From Nymphaea colorata (lineage: Eukaryota), in contig NC_045138.2 of assembly GCF_008831285.2 (NCBI RefSeq), forward strand, positions 38,316,001 through 38,380,000: DNA of 64,000 nucleotides, read 5' to 3'. A program made the translations under genes and the position numbers. Shown piece after piece: positions 15,001 through 27,138 of the stretch (position 1 is the first letter of the stretch; each line of letters opens with the position of its first letter). The notes beneath the pieces were generated by a model, which was given only the letters and a program-made list of their open reading frames with translations, had not been told where the DNA came from and ran no database searches.

Positions 15001-18000
15001 TGAGACAAAAGCATTGACTCTGGAAAAACTGGGGTAGGAAAGATGTGATGAACCCTATACATTGGAAGGGAAAGCAGTACCATGAGACATGGGAACTGCA
15101 TATGGATCTTGATGAGGCAACGTCCTTACCATCAAGTTCAAAATGTCAATCACATGTATTTTAAATAAATGGCAGACTGAAGGCATAGCCGATGCATGGC
15201 CAACTAGATGCATCGACATAATGGCATGTTTTAGGATGTTATATGTGAGACAAAAGTATTGTCTATGAAAATACCATGGAAGGAAAGATACGATGAACCC
15301 CGTACAACAAGAGGGGTAGCAGTTCCGTAAGACATGTGAACTGCATATGGATATTGATGAGGCAACGTCCATACCATCAAGTTCAAAATCTCAATCACAT
15401 GCATTTGAAATAAATGGCGAACTGAAGACATAGCCGATGCATGGCCAACTAGATGCATCGACATAATAGCAATGTTTTTGGATGTTATATGTGAGACAAA
15501 AGTATTGTCTATGAAAAATACTATGGTAGGAAAGATACGATGAACCCCGTACAACAAGAGGGGAAGCAGTTCTGTAAGACATGCGAACTGCATATGGATA
15601 TTGTTGAGGCAACGTCTCCACAATCAAGTGAAAAATGTCAATTACACGCCTTTCAAATAAATGGTGAATTGAAGATATAGCCGATGCATGGCCAACTAGA
15701 TTCATCGGCATAATGATCCGTTTTACGAGGTTATGTGTGAGACAAAAGCATTGACTCTGAAAAAACTGGGGTAGGAAAGATGTGATGAACCCTATACATC
15801 GAAAGGGGAAGCAGTACCTTGAGACATGGGAACTGCATGTGGATCTTGATGAGGCAACGTCCCTACCATCAAGTTCAAAATGTCAATCACATGTATTTTA
15901 AATAAATGGCAGACTGAAGACATAGCCGATGCATGGCCAACTAGATGCATCGACATAATGGCATGTTTTAGGATGTTATATGTGAGACAAAAGTATTGTC
16001 TATGAAAATACCATGGTAGGAAAGATACGATGAACCCCGTACAACAAGAGGGGTAGCAGTTCCGTAAGACATGTGAACTGCATATGGATATTGATGAGGC
16101 AACGTCCATACCATCAAGTTCAAAATCTCAATTACATGCATTTGAAATAAATGGCGAACTGAAGACATAGCCGATGCATGGCCAACTAGATGCATCAACA
16201 TAATAGCAATGTTTTAGGATGTGTATGAAAGATACGATGAACCCCGTACAAGAAGAGGGGAAGCAATTTTGTAAGACATGCGAATTGCATATGGATATTG
16301 TTGAGGCAACGTCACCACAATCAAGTGAAAAATGTCAATTACACGCCTTTGAAATAAATGGTGAATTGAAGATATAGCCGATGCATGGCCAACTAGATTC
16401 ATCGGCATAATGATCCGTTTTAGGAGGTTATGTGTGAGACAAAAGCATTGACTCTGAAAAACTGTGGTAGGAAAGATGTGATGAACCCTATACATCGAAA
16501 GGGGAAGCAGTACCTTGAGATATGGGAACTGCATAAGGATCTTGATGAGGCAACGTCCCTACCATGAAGTTCAAAATGTCAATGACATGCATTTTAAATA
16601 AATGGCAGACTGAAGACATAGCCGATGCATGGCCAACTAGATGCATCTACATAATGACATGTTTTAGGATGTTATATGTGAGACAAAAGTATTGTCAATG
16701 AAAATACCATGGTAGGAAAGATACGATGAACCCCGTACAACAAGAGGGGTAGCAGTTCCGTAAGACATGTGAGCTGCATATGGATATTGATGAGGCAACG
16801 TCCATACCATCAAGTTCAAAATCTCAATCACATGCATTTGAAATAAATGGCGAACTGAAGACATAGCCAATGCTTGGCCAACTAGATGCATCGACATAAT
16901 AGCAATGTTTTATGATGTTTTATGTGAGACAAAAGTATTGTCTATGAAAAATACTATGGTAGGAAAGATACGATGAACCCCGTACAACAAGAGGGAAAGC
17001 AGTTCTGTAAGACATGCGAACTGCATATGGATATTGTTGAGGCAACGTTTCCACAATCAAGTGAAAAATGTCAATTACACGCCTTTGAAATAAATGGTGA
17101 ATTGAAGATATAGCCGATGCATGGCCAACTAGATTCATCGGCATAATGATCCGTTTTAGGAGGTTATGTGTGAGACAAAAGCATTGACTCTGAAAAACTG
17201 GGGTAGGAAAGATGTGATGAACCATATACATCGAAAGGGGAAGCAGTACCTTGAGACATGGGATTTGCATATGGATCTTGATGAGGCAACGTCTCTACCA
17301 TCATATTCAAAATGTCAACAACAAGGGAAGCAGTTTCGTAAGACATGCGAACTGCATATAGATATTGTTGAGGCAACGTCTCCACAATCAAGTTGAAAAT
17401 GTCAATTACACGCTTTTGAAATAAATGGTGTATTGAAGATATAGCCGATGCATGGCCAACTAGATGCATCGGCATAATGATCCGTTTTTGGAGGTTATGC
17501 ATGAGATAAAAGCACTGACTCTGAAAAAACTCGGGTAAGAAAGATGCGATGAACCCTATACATCGAAAGGGGAAGCAGTCCCATCAGACATGGAAACTGC
17601 ATATGGATATTGATGTGGCAACGTCCCTACCATTAAGTTCAAAATGACAATCACATGCATTTGAAATAAATGGCGAACTGAAGATATAGCCGATGCGTGG
17701 CCAACTAGATGCATCGACATAATGGGATGTTTTAGGATGTTATATGTGAGACAAAAGTATTGTCTATGAAAATACCATGGTAGGAAAGATACGATGAACC
17801 CCGTACAACAAGAGGGGTAGCCGTTCCGTAAGACATGTGAACTGCATATGGATATTGATGAGGCAACGTCCATACCATCAAGTTCAAAATATCAATCACA
17901 TGCATTTTAAATAAATGGCGAACTGAAGACATAGCCGATGCATGGCCAGCTAAATGCATCGACATAATTGCAATGTTTTAGGATGTTATATGTGAGACAA

Positions 18001-21000
18001 AAGTATTGTCTATTAAAAATACTATTGTAGGAAAGATACGATGAACCCCGTACAACAAGAGGGGAAGCAGTTCTGTGAGACATGCGAACTGCATATGGAT
18101 ATTGTTGAGGTAACGTCTCCACAATCAAGTGAAAAATGTCAATTACACTTATTTGAAATAAATGGTGAATTGAAGATATAGCCTATGCATTGCCAACTAG
18201 ATGCATCGGCTTAATGATCCGTTTTAGGAGGTTATGTGTGAGGCAAAAGCATGGACTCTGAAAAAACTGGGGTAGGAAAGATGTGATGAACCCTATACAT
18301 CGAAAGGGAAAGCAGTACCAAGAGACATGGGAACTGCATATGTATCTTGATGAGGCTACGTCCCTACTATCAAGTTCAAAATGTCAATCAAATGCACTGC
18401 AAATAAATGGCTGACTGAAGACATGGTCGATGCATGACAAATTTGATGCATCAGCATAATGGTCAGTTTTAGAAGGTCATGTGTGAGACAAAAGTATTGT
18501 CTATGAAAATACTATGGTACGAAAGATACGATGAACCCCGTACAACAAGAGGGGAAGCAGTTTCGTAAGACATGCGAACTGCATATGGATATTGTTGAGG
18601 CAACGTCTCCACAATCAAGTTAAAAATGTCAATTACACGCATTTGAAATAAATGGTGAATTGAAGATATAGCCGATGCATGGCCAACTAGATGCATCGAC
18701 ATAATGATCCGTTTTATGAGGTTATGTGTGAGACAAAAGCATTGACTCTGAAAAAGCTGGGGTAGAAAACATGCGATGAACCCTATACATCGAAAGAAGA
18801 AGCAGTACCGTGAGACATGGGAACTGCATATGGATCTTGATGAGGCTACGTCCCTACTATCAAGTTCAAAATGTCAATCAAATGCACTGCAAATAAATGA
18901 CTGACTGAAGACATGGTCGATGCATGGCAAATTAGATGCATCAGCATAATGGTGAGTTTTAGAGGGTCATGTGTGACACAAAAGTATTGACTATGAAAAA
19001 CCTAACGTATGAAAGCTACGACAAACCCCGTACAACAAAAGGGGAAGCAGTCCCGTCAGACATGCGAACTGCATATGGATATTGATGTGGCAACGTCCCT
19101 ACCATCAAGTTCAAAATGTCAATCACATGCATTTGAAATAAATGGCGAACTAAAGACATAGCCGATGCGTGGCCAATTAGATGCATCGACATAATGGCAT
19201 GTTTTAGAATGTTATATGTGAGACAAAAGTATTGTCTATGAAAATTCTATGGTAGATAAGATTCGATGAACCCCGTACAACAACAAGGGAAGCAGTTTCG
19301 TAAGACATGCGAACTGCATATAGATATTGTTGAGGCAACGTCTCCACAATCAAGTTAAAAATGTCAATTACACGCTTTTGAAATAAATGGTGAATTGAAG
19401 ATATAGCCGATGCATGGCCAACTAGATGCATCGGCATAATGATCCGTTTTTGGAGGTTATGCATGAGATAAAAGCACTGACTCTGAAAAAACTCGGGTAG
19501 GGAAGAGGCGATGGACCCTATACATCGAAAGGGGAAGCAGTCCCATCAGACATGGAAACTGCATATGGATATTGATGTGGCAACGTCCCTACCATCAAGT
19601 TCAAAATGTCAATCACATTTATTTTAAATAAATGGCAGCCTGAAGACATAGCCGATGCATGGCCAACTAGATGCATCGACATAATGGCATGTTTTAGGAT
19701 GTTATATGTGAGACAAAAGTATTGTCTATGAAAATACCATGGTAGGAAAGATACGATGAACCCCGTACAACAAGAGGGGTAGTCGTTCCGTAAGACATGT
19801 GAACTGCATATGGATCTTGATGAGGCAACGTCCCTACCATCAAGTTCAAAATGTCAATCACATGTATTTTAAATAAATGGCAGACTGAAGACATAGCCGA
19901 TGCATGGCCAACTAGATGCATCGACATAATGGCTTGTTTTAGGATGTTATATGTGAGACAAAAGTATTGTCTATGAAAATACCATGGTAGGAAAGATACG
20001 ATGAACCCCGTACAACAAGAGGGGAAACAGTTCCGTAAGACATGCGAACTGCATATGGATATTGTTGAGGCAACGTCTCCACAATCAAGTGAAAAATGTC
20101 AGTTACACGCCTTTGAAATAAATGGTGAATTGAAGATATAGCCAATGCATGGCCAACTAGATGCATCGGCATAATGATCCGTTTTAGGAGGTTATGTGTG
20201 AGGCAAAAGCATGGACTCTGAAAAAACTGGGGTAGGAAAGATGTGATGAACCCTATACATCGAAAGGGAAAGCAGTACCAAGAGACTTGGGAACTGCATA
20301 TGTATCTTGATGAGGCTACGTCCCTACTATCAAGTTCAAAATGTCAATCAAATGCACTGCAAATAAATGGCTGACTGAAGACATGGTTGATGCATGGCAA
20401 ATTAGATGCATCAGCATAATGGTCAGTTTTAGAAGGTCATGTGTGAGACAAAAGTATTGTCTATGAAAATACTATGGTAGGAAAGATACGATAAACCCCG
20501 TACAACAAGAGGGGAAGCAGTTTCGTAAGACATGCGAACTGCATATGGATATTGTTGAGGCAACGTCTCCACAATCAAGTTAAAAATGTCAATTACACGC
20601 ATTTGAAATAAATGGTGAATTGAAGATATAGCCGATGCATGGCCAACTAGATGCATCGACATAATGATCCGTTTTATGAGGTTATGTGTGAGACAAAAGC
20701 ATTGACTCTGAAAAAGCTGGGGTAGAAAAGATGCGATGAACCCTATACATCGAAAGAAGAAGTAGTACCGTGAGACATGGGAACTGCATATGGATCTTGA
20801 TGAGGCTACGTCCCTACTATCAAGTTCAAAATGTCAATCAAATGCACTGCAAATAAATGGCTGACTGAAGACATGGTCGATGCATGGCAAATTAGATGCA
20901 TCAGCATAATGGTGAGTTTTAGAGGGTCATGTGTGACACAAAAGTATTGACTATGAAAAACCTAAAGTATGAAAGCTACGACAAACCCCATACAACAAAA

Positions 21001-24000
21001 GGGGAAGCAGTCCCGTCAGACATGCGAACTGCATATGGATATTGATGTGGCAACGTCCCTACCATCAAGTTCAAAATGTCAATCACATGCATTTGAAATA
21101 AATGGCGAACTAAAGACATAGCCGATGCGTGGCCAATTAGATGCATCGACATAATGGCATGTTTTAGAATGTTATATGTGAGACAAAAGTATTGTCTATG
21201 AAAATTCTATGGTAGATAAGATTCGATAAACCCCGTACAACAACAAGGGAAGCAGTTTCGTAAGACATGCGAACTGCATATAGATATTGTTGAGGCAACG
21301 TCTCCACAATCAAGTTAAAAATGTCAATTACACGCTTTTGAAATAAATGGTGAATTGAAGATATAGCCGATGCATGGCCAACTAGATGCATCGGCATAAT
21401 GATCCGTTTTTGGAGGTTATGCATGAGATAAAAGCACTGACTCTGAAAAAACTCGGGTTGGAAAGAGGCGATGGACCCTATACATCGAAAGGTTAAGCAG
21501 TCCCATCAGACATGGAAACTGCATATGGATATTGATGTGGCAACGTCCCTACCATTAAGTTCAAAATGACAATCACATGCATTTGAAATAAATGGCGAAC
21601 TGAAGATATAGCCGATGCGTGGCCAACTAGATGCATCGACATAATGGGATGTTTTAGGATGTTATATGTGAGACAAAAGTATTGTCTATGAAAATACCAT
21701 GGTAGGAAAGATACGATGAACCCCGTACAACAAGAGGGGTAGCCGTTCCGTAAGACATGTGAACTGCATATGGATCTTGATGAGGCAACGTCCCTACCAT
21801 CAAGTTCAAAATGTCAATCACATGTATTTTAAATAAATGGCAGACTGAAGACATAGCCGATGCATGGCCAACTAGATGCATCGACATAATGGCATGTTTT
21901 AGGATGTTATATGTGAGACAAAAGTATTGTCTATGAAAATACCATGGTAGGAAAGATACGATGAACCCCGTACAACAAGAGGGGAAACAGTTCCGTAAGA
22001 CATGCGAACTGCATATGGATATTGTTGAGGCAACGTCTCCACAATCAAGTGAAAAATGTCAGTTACACGCCTTTGAAATAAATGGTGAATTGAAGATATA
22101 GCCAATGCATGGCCAACTAGATGCATCGGCATAATGATCCGTTTTAGGAGGTTATGTGTGAGGCAAAAGCATGGACTCTGAAAAAACTGGGGTAGGAAAG
22201 ATGTGATGAACCCTATACATCGAAAGGGAAAGCAGTACCAAGAGACTTGGGAACTGCATATGTATCTTGATGAGGCTACGTCCCTACTATCAAGTTCAAA
22301 ATGTCAATCAAATGCACTGCAAATAAATGGCTGACTGAAGACATGGTTGATGCATGGCAAATTAGATGCATCAGCATAATGGTCAGTTTTAGAAGGTCAT
22401 GTGTGAGACAAAAGTATTGTCTATGAAAATACTATGGTAGGAAAGATACGATAAACCCCGTACAACAAGAGAGGAAGCAGTTTCGTAAGACATGCGAACT
22501 GCATATGGATATTGTTGAGGCAACGTCTCCACAATCAAGTTAAAAATGTCAATTACACGCATTTGAAATAAATGGTGAATTGAAGATATAGCCGATGCAT
22601 GGCCAACTAGATGCATCGACATAATGATCCGTTTTATGAGGTTATGTGTGAGACAAAAGCATTGACTCTGAAAAAGCTGGGGTAGAAAAGATGCGATGAA
22701 CCCTATACATCGAAAGAAGAAGCAGTACCGTGAGACATGGGAACTGCATATGGATCTTGATGAGGCTACGTCCCTACTATCAAGTTCAAAATGTCAATCA
22801 AATGCACTGCAAATAAATGGCTGACTGAAGACATGGTCGATGCATGGCAAATTAGATGCATCAGCATAATGGTGAGTTTTAGAGGGTCATGTGTGACACA
22901 GAAGTATTGACTATGAAAAACCTAAAGTATGAAAGCTACGAGAAACCCCGTACAACAAAAAGGGAAGCAGTCCCGTCAGACATGCGAACTGCATATGGAT
23001 ATTGATGTGGCAACGTCCCTACCATCAAGTTCAAAATGTCAATCACATGCATTTGAAATAAATGGCGAACTAAAGACATAGCCGATGCGTGGCCAATTAG
23101 ATGCATCGACATAATGGCATGTTTTAGAATGTTATATGTGAGACAAAAGTATTGTCTATGAAAATTCTATGGTAGATAAGATTCGATGAACCCCGTACAA
23201 CAACAAGGGAAGCAGTTTCGTAAGACATGCGAACTGCATATAGATATTGTTGAGGCAACGTCTCCACAATCAAGTTAAAAATGTCAATTACACGCTTTTG
23301 AAATAAATGGTGAATTGAAGATATAGCCGATGCATGGCCAACTAGATGCATCGGCATAATGATCCGTTTTTGGAGGTTATGCATGAGATAAAAGCATTGA
23401 CTCTGAAAAAACTCGGGTAGGAAAGATAAAAGTATTGTGAGACAAAAGTATTGTCTATGAAAATACCATGGTAGGAAAGATACGATGAACCTCGTACAAC
23501 AAGAGGGGTAGCCGTTCCTTGAGACATGGGAACTGCATATGGATCTTGATGAGGCTACGTCCCTACTATCAAGTTCAAAATGTCAATCAAATGCACTGCA
23601 AATAAATGGCTGACTGAAGACATGGTCGATGCATGGCAAATTAGATGCATCAGCATAATGGTGAGTTTTAGGGGGTCATGTGTGACACAAAATTTTTGAC
23701 TATGAAAAACCTAAAGTATGAAAGCTACGACAAACCCCGTACAACAAAAGGGGAAGCAGTCCCGTCAGACATGCGAACTGCATATGGATATTGATGTGGC
23801 AACGTCCCTACCATCAAGTTCAAAATGTCAATCACATGCATTTGAAATAAATGGCGAACTAAAGACATAGCCGATGCGTTGCCAATTAGATGCATCGACA
23901 TAATGGCATGTTTTAGAATGTTATATGTGAGACAAAAGTATTGTCTATGAAAATTCTATGGTAGATAAGATTCGATAAACCCCGTACAACAACAAGGGAA

Positions 24001-26461
24001 GCAGTTTCGTAAGACATGCGAACTGCATATAGATATTGTTGAGGCAACGTCTCCACAATCAAGTTAAAAATGTCAATTACACGCTTTTGAAATAAATGGT
24101 GAATTGAAGATATAGCCGATGCATGGCCAACTAGATGCATCAGCATAATGGTGAGTTTTAGAGGGTCATGTGTGAGACAAAAGTATTGACTATGAAAAAC
24201 CTCGAGTATGAAAGATACGATGAACCACGTACAACAAAAGGGGAAGCAGTCTCGTAAGACATGCGAACTGCATATGGATATTGAAGAGGCAACGTCCCTA
24301 CCACCAAGTTCAAAATGTCAATCACATGCATTTGATATAAATGGCGGAATGAAGACATAGCCGATGCATGGCCAACTAGATGCATCGACATAATGGCATG
24401 TTTTAGGATGTTATATGTGAGACAAAAGTATTGTCTATGAACCCCGTACAACAAGAGGGGTAGCAGTTCCGTAAGACATGTGAATTGCATATGGATATTG
24501 TTGAGGCAACGTCCATACCATCAAGTTCAAAATCTCAATCACATGCATTTGAAATAAATGGCGAACTGAAGACATGGCCGATGCATGGCCAACTAGATGC
24601 ATCGACATAATTGCAATGTTTTAGGATGTTATATGTGAGAAAAGTATTGTCTATTAAAAATACTATTGTAGGAAAGATACGATGAACCCCGTACAACAAG
24701 AGGGGTAGCAGTTCCGTAAGACATGTGAATTGCATATGGATATTGTTGAGGCAACGTCCATACCATCAAGTTCAAAATCTCAATCACATGCATTTGAAAT
24801 AAATGGCGAACAGAAGACATAGCCGATGCATGGCCAACTAGATGCATCGACATAATTGCAATGTTTTAGGATGTTATATGTAAGAAAAGTATTGTCTATT
24901 AAAAATACTATTGTAGGAAAGATACGATGAACCCCGTACAACAAGAGGGGAAGCAATTCTGTAAGACATGCAAACTGCATATGGATATTGTTGAGGCAAC
25001 GTCTCCACAATCAAGTGAAAAATGTCAATTACACGTCTTTGAAATAAATGGTGAATTGAAGATATAGCCGATGCATGGTCAACTAGATGCATCGGCATAA
25101 TGACATCTTTTAGGATGTTATATCTGGGGCAAGAAAGATGTGATGAACCCTATACATCAAAAGGGAAAGCAGTACCTTGAGAAATGGGAACTGCATATGG
25201 ATCTTGATGAGGCAACGTCCCTACCATCAAGTTCAAAATGTCAATCACATGTATTTTACATAAATGGCAGACTGAAGACATAGACGATGCATGGCCAACT
25301 AGATGCATCGACATAATGACATCTTTTAGGATGTTATATGTAAGACAAAAGTATTGTCTATGAAAATACCATGGTCGGAAAGATACGATAAACCCCGTAC
25401 AACAAGAGGGGTAGCAGTTTTGTAAGACATGTGAACTGCATATGGATATTGATGAGACAACGTCCATACCATCAAGTTCAAAATGTCAATCACATGCATT
25501 TGAAATAAATGGCGAACTGAAGACATAGCCGATGCATGGCCAACTAGATGCATCGACATAATAGCAATGTTTTAGGATGTTATATGTGAGACAAAAGTAT
25601 TGTCTATTAAAAATACTATAGTAGGAAAGATACGATGAACCCCGTACAACAAGAGGGGAAGCAGTTCTGTAAGACATGCGAACTACATATGGATATTGTT
25701 GAGGCAACGTCTCCACAATCAAGTGAAAAATGTCAATTACACGCATTTGAAATAAATGGTGAATTGAAAATATAGCCGATGCATGGCCAACTAGATGCAT
25801 CGGCATAATGATCCGTTTTAGGCGGTTATGTGTGAGATAAAAGCATTGACTCTGAAAAAAGTGGCGTAGGAAAGATGTGATGAACCCTATACATCGAAAG
25901 GGGAAGCAGTCCCGTCAGACAAAAGTATTGACTATGGAAAACCTAGAGTATGAAAGTTACGACAAACCCCGTACAACAAAAGGGGAAGCAGTCCCGTCAG
26001 ACATGCGAACTGCATATGGATATTGATGTGGCAACGTCCCTACCATCAAGTCCAAAATGTCAATCACATGCATTTGAAATAAATGGCGAACTGAAGACAT
26101 AGCCGATGCGTGGCCAACTAGATGCATCGACATAATGGCATGTTTTATGATGTTATTTGTGAGAGAAAAGTATTGTCTATGAAAATTCCATGGTAGTTAA
26201 GATTCGATGAACTCCGTACAACAACAAGGGAAGCAGTTTCGTAAGACTTGCGAACTGCATATAGATATTGTTGAGGCAACGTCTCCACAGTCAAGTTAAA
26301 AATGTCAATTACACGATTTTGAAATAAATGGTGAATTGAAGATATAGCCAATGCATGGCCAACTAGATGCATCGGCATAATGATCTGTTTTTGGAGGTTA
26401 TGTGTGAGACAAAAGCATTGACTCTGAAAAAGCTGGGGTACGAAAGATGCGATGAACCCTA
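1..26461. repeat. ~245-bp satellite tandem array (homogeneous part, several monomer variants)
   Basis: Motifs such as GCCGATGCATGGCCAACTAGATGCATCG and GTGAGACAAAAG recur every ~245 bp; homologous ORF-track hits are spaced 245/490 bp apart (e.g. 19694 and 19939). Confidence 0.97.
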
Positions 26462-26824
26462 TGTTAAAATATAAATCCTTCACCAGCACGTTGAAGAGGA
26501 GTCTCTTAGGATTCCACCTCCTTGTAGAATGTGTTAAAATATTTAATGTCCTTGTAACATGTGAAGAGTCTCCTAGGATTCTATGTTATAGTTAATATCC
26601 TTGTTATATGGGAAGTCTCCTAGGATTCTATGTTGTAGTTAATATCCTTGTAATATGTGAAGTCTCTTAGGTTTCTATGATGTAATTAATGTCCTTGAAG
26701 CTTGTGAAATCTCCTAGGATTCTACGATTGGAGACTCTTAGAATTCTGAAAATGAGATTATAAATAGAGGCCGTGCAAACCATTTTGGCTACGGCTTCTT
26801 CTCCTCAGTTTCTTCTTGTTTTCA

Positions 26825-26867
<43 letters not shown>

Positions 26868-26919
26868 CCTGCTTGAGTGCTGTTTTCGGGTTACAGATAT
26901 TGGTGCTACATTTCTATCA
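26462..26919 (+). repeat. 5' LTR of copia-1 (458 bp)
   Basis: Starts TGTTAAAAT, ends TTTCTATCA, immediately followed by the PBS; matches 31450-31909 apart from (CT)17 vs (CT)18. Confidence 0.96.
26759..26766 (+). promoter_or_regulatory. Putative TATA box of copia-1 LTR
   Basis: TATAAATA downstream of the U3 repeats and upstream of a pyrimidine-rich/(CT)n tract. Confidence 0.65.
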
Positions 26920-26932
26920 TGGTATCAGAGCC
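26920..26932 (+). promoter_or_regulatory. Primer binding site (tRNA-iMet)
   Basis: TGGTATCAGAGCC directly after the 5' LTR. Confidence 0.95.
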
Positions 26933-27138
26933 AGGTTACGTTATCTCTACCAAACGAAATGCCCAAACAGGTCTGATCTGGTTAGAACTCTTTTCTCATC
27001 TTGTCTCTATCCTGAATTTACTTTTCTCTTGCGCAATTCTTGTTCCTTTTTTCTTCTTGCTTACCAAGGACACATCTTGTTATATCGTGTCTTCTTTCCC
27101 TCTCATCTTCTACCTATATACCATTCTTTTCTGCTGTC

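Noticed and set aside
1..26461. CRISPR-like array (palindromic repeat at regular spacing)
   Set aside because: The intervening sequences are themselves repeats, there are no cas genes, and the context is eukaryotic.
1..26461. 5S rDNA, tRNA or snRNA gene array
   Set aside because: No recognisable 5S, tRNA or snRNA sequence in the monomer.
303..26489. Numerous 60-283 aa ORFs as protein-coding genes
   Set aside because: They are translations of satellite monomers; the longer ones arise when 1-bp indels fuse adjacent monomers in frame.
26540..26750. Heat-shock elements in the U3 repeats
   Set aside because: GAAGTCTCCTAGGATTCT does not fit the phased nGAAnnTTCnnGAAn consensus.
27040..27138. N-terminal extension of the copia-1 ORF
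   Set aside because: TTG start in a pyrimidine-rich leader; similarity to copia-2 begins near the ATG at 27139.
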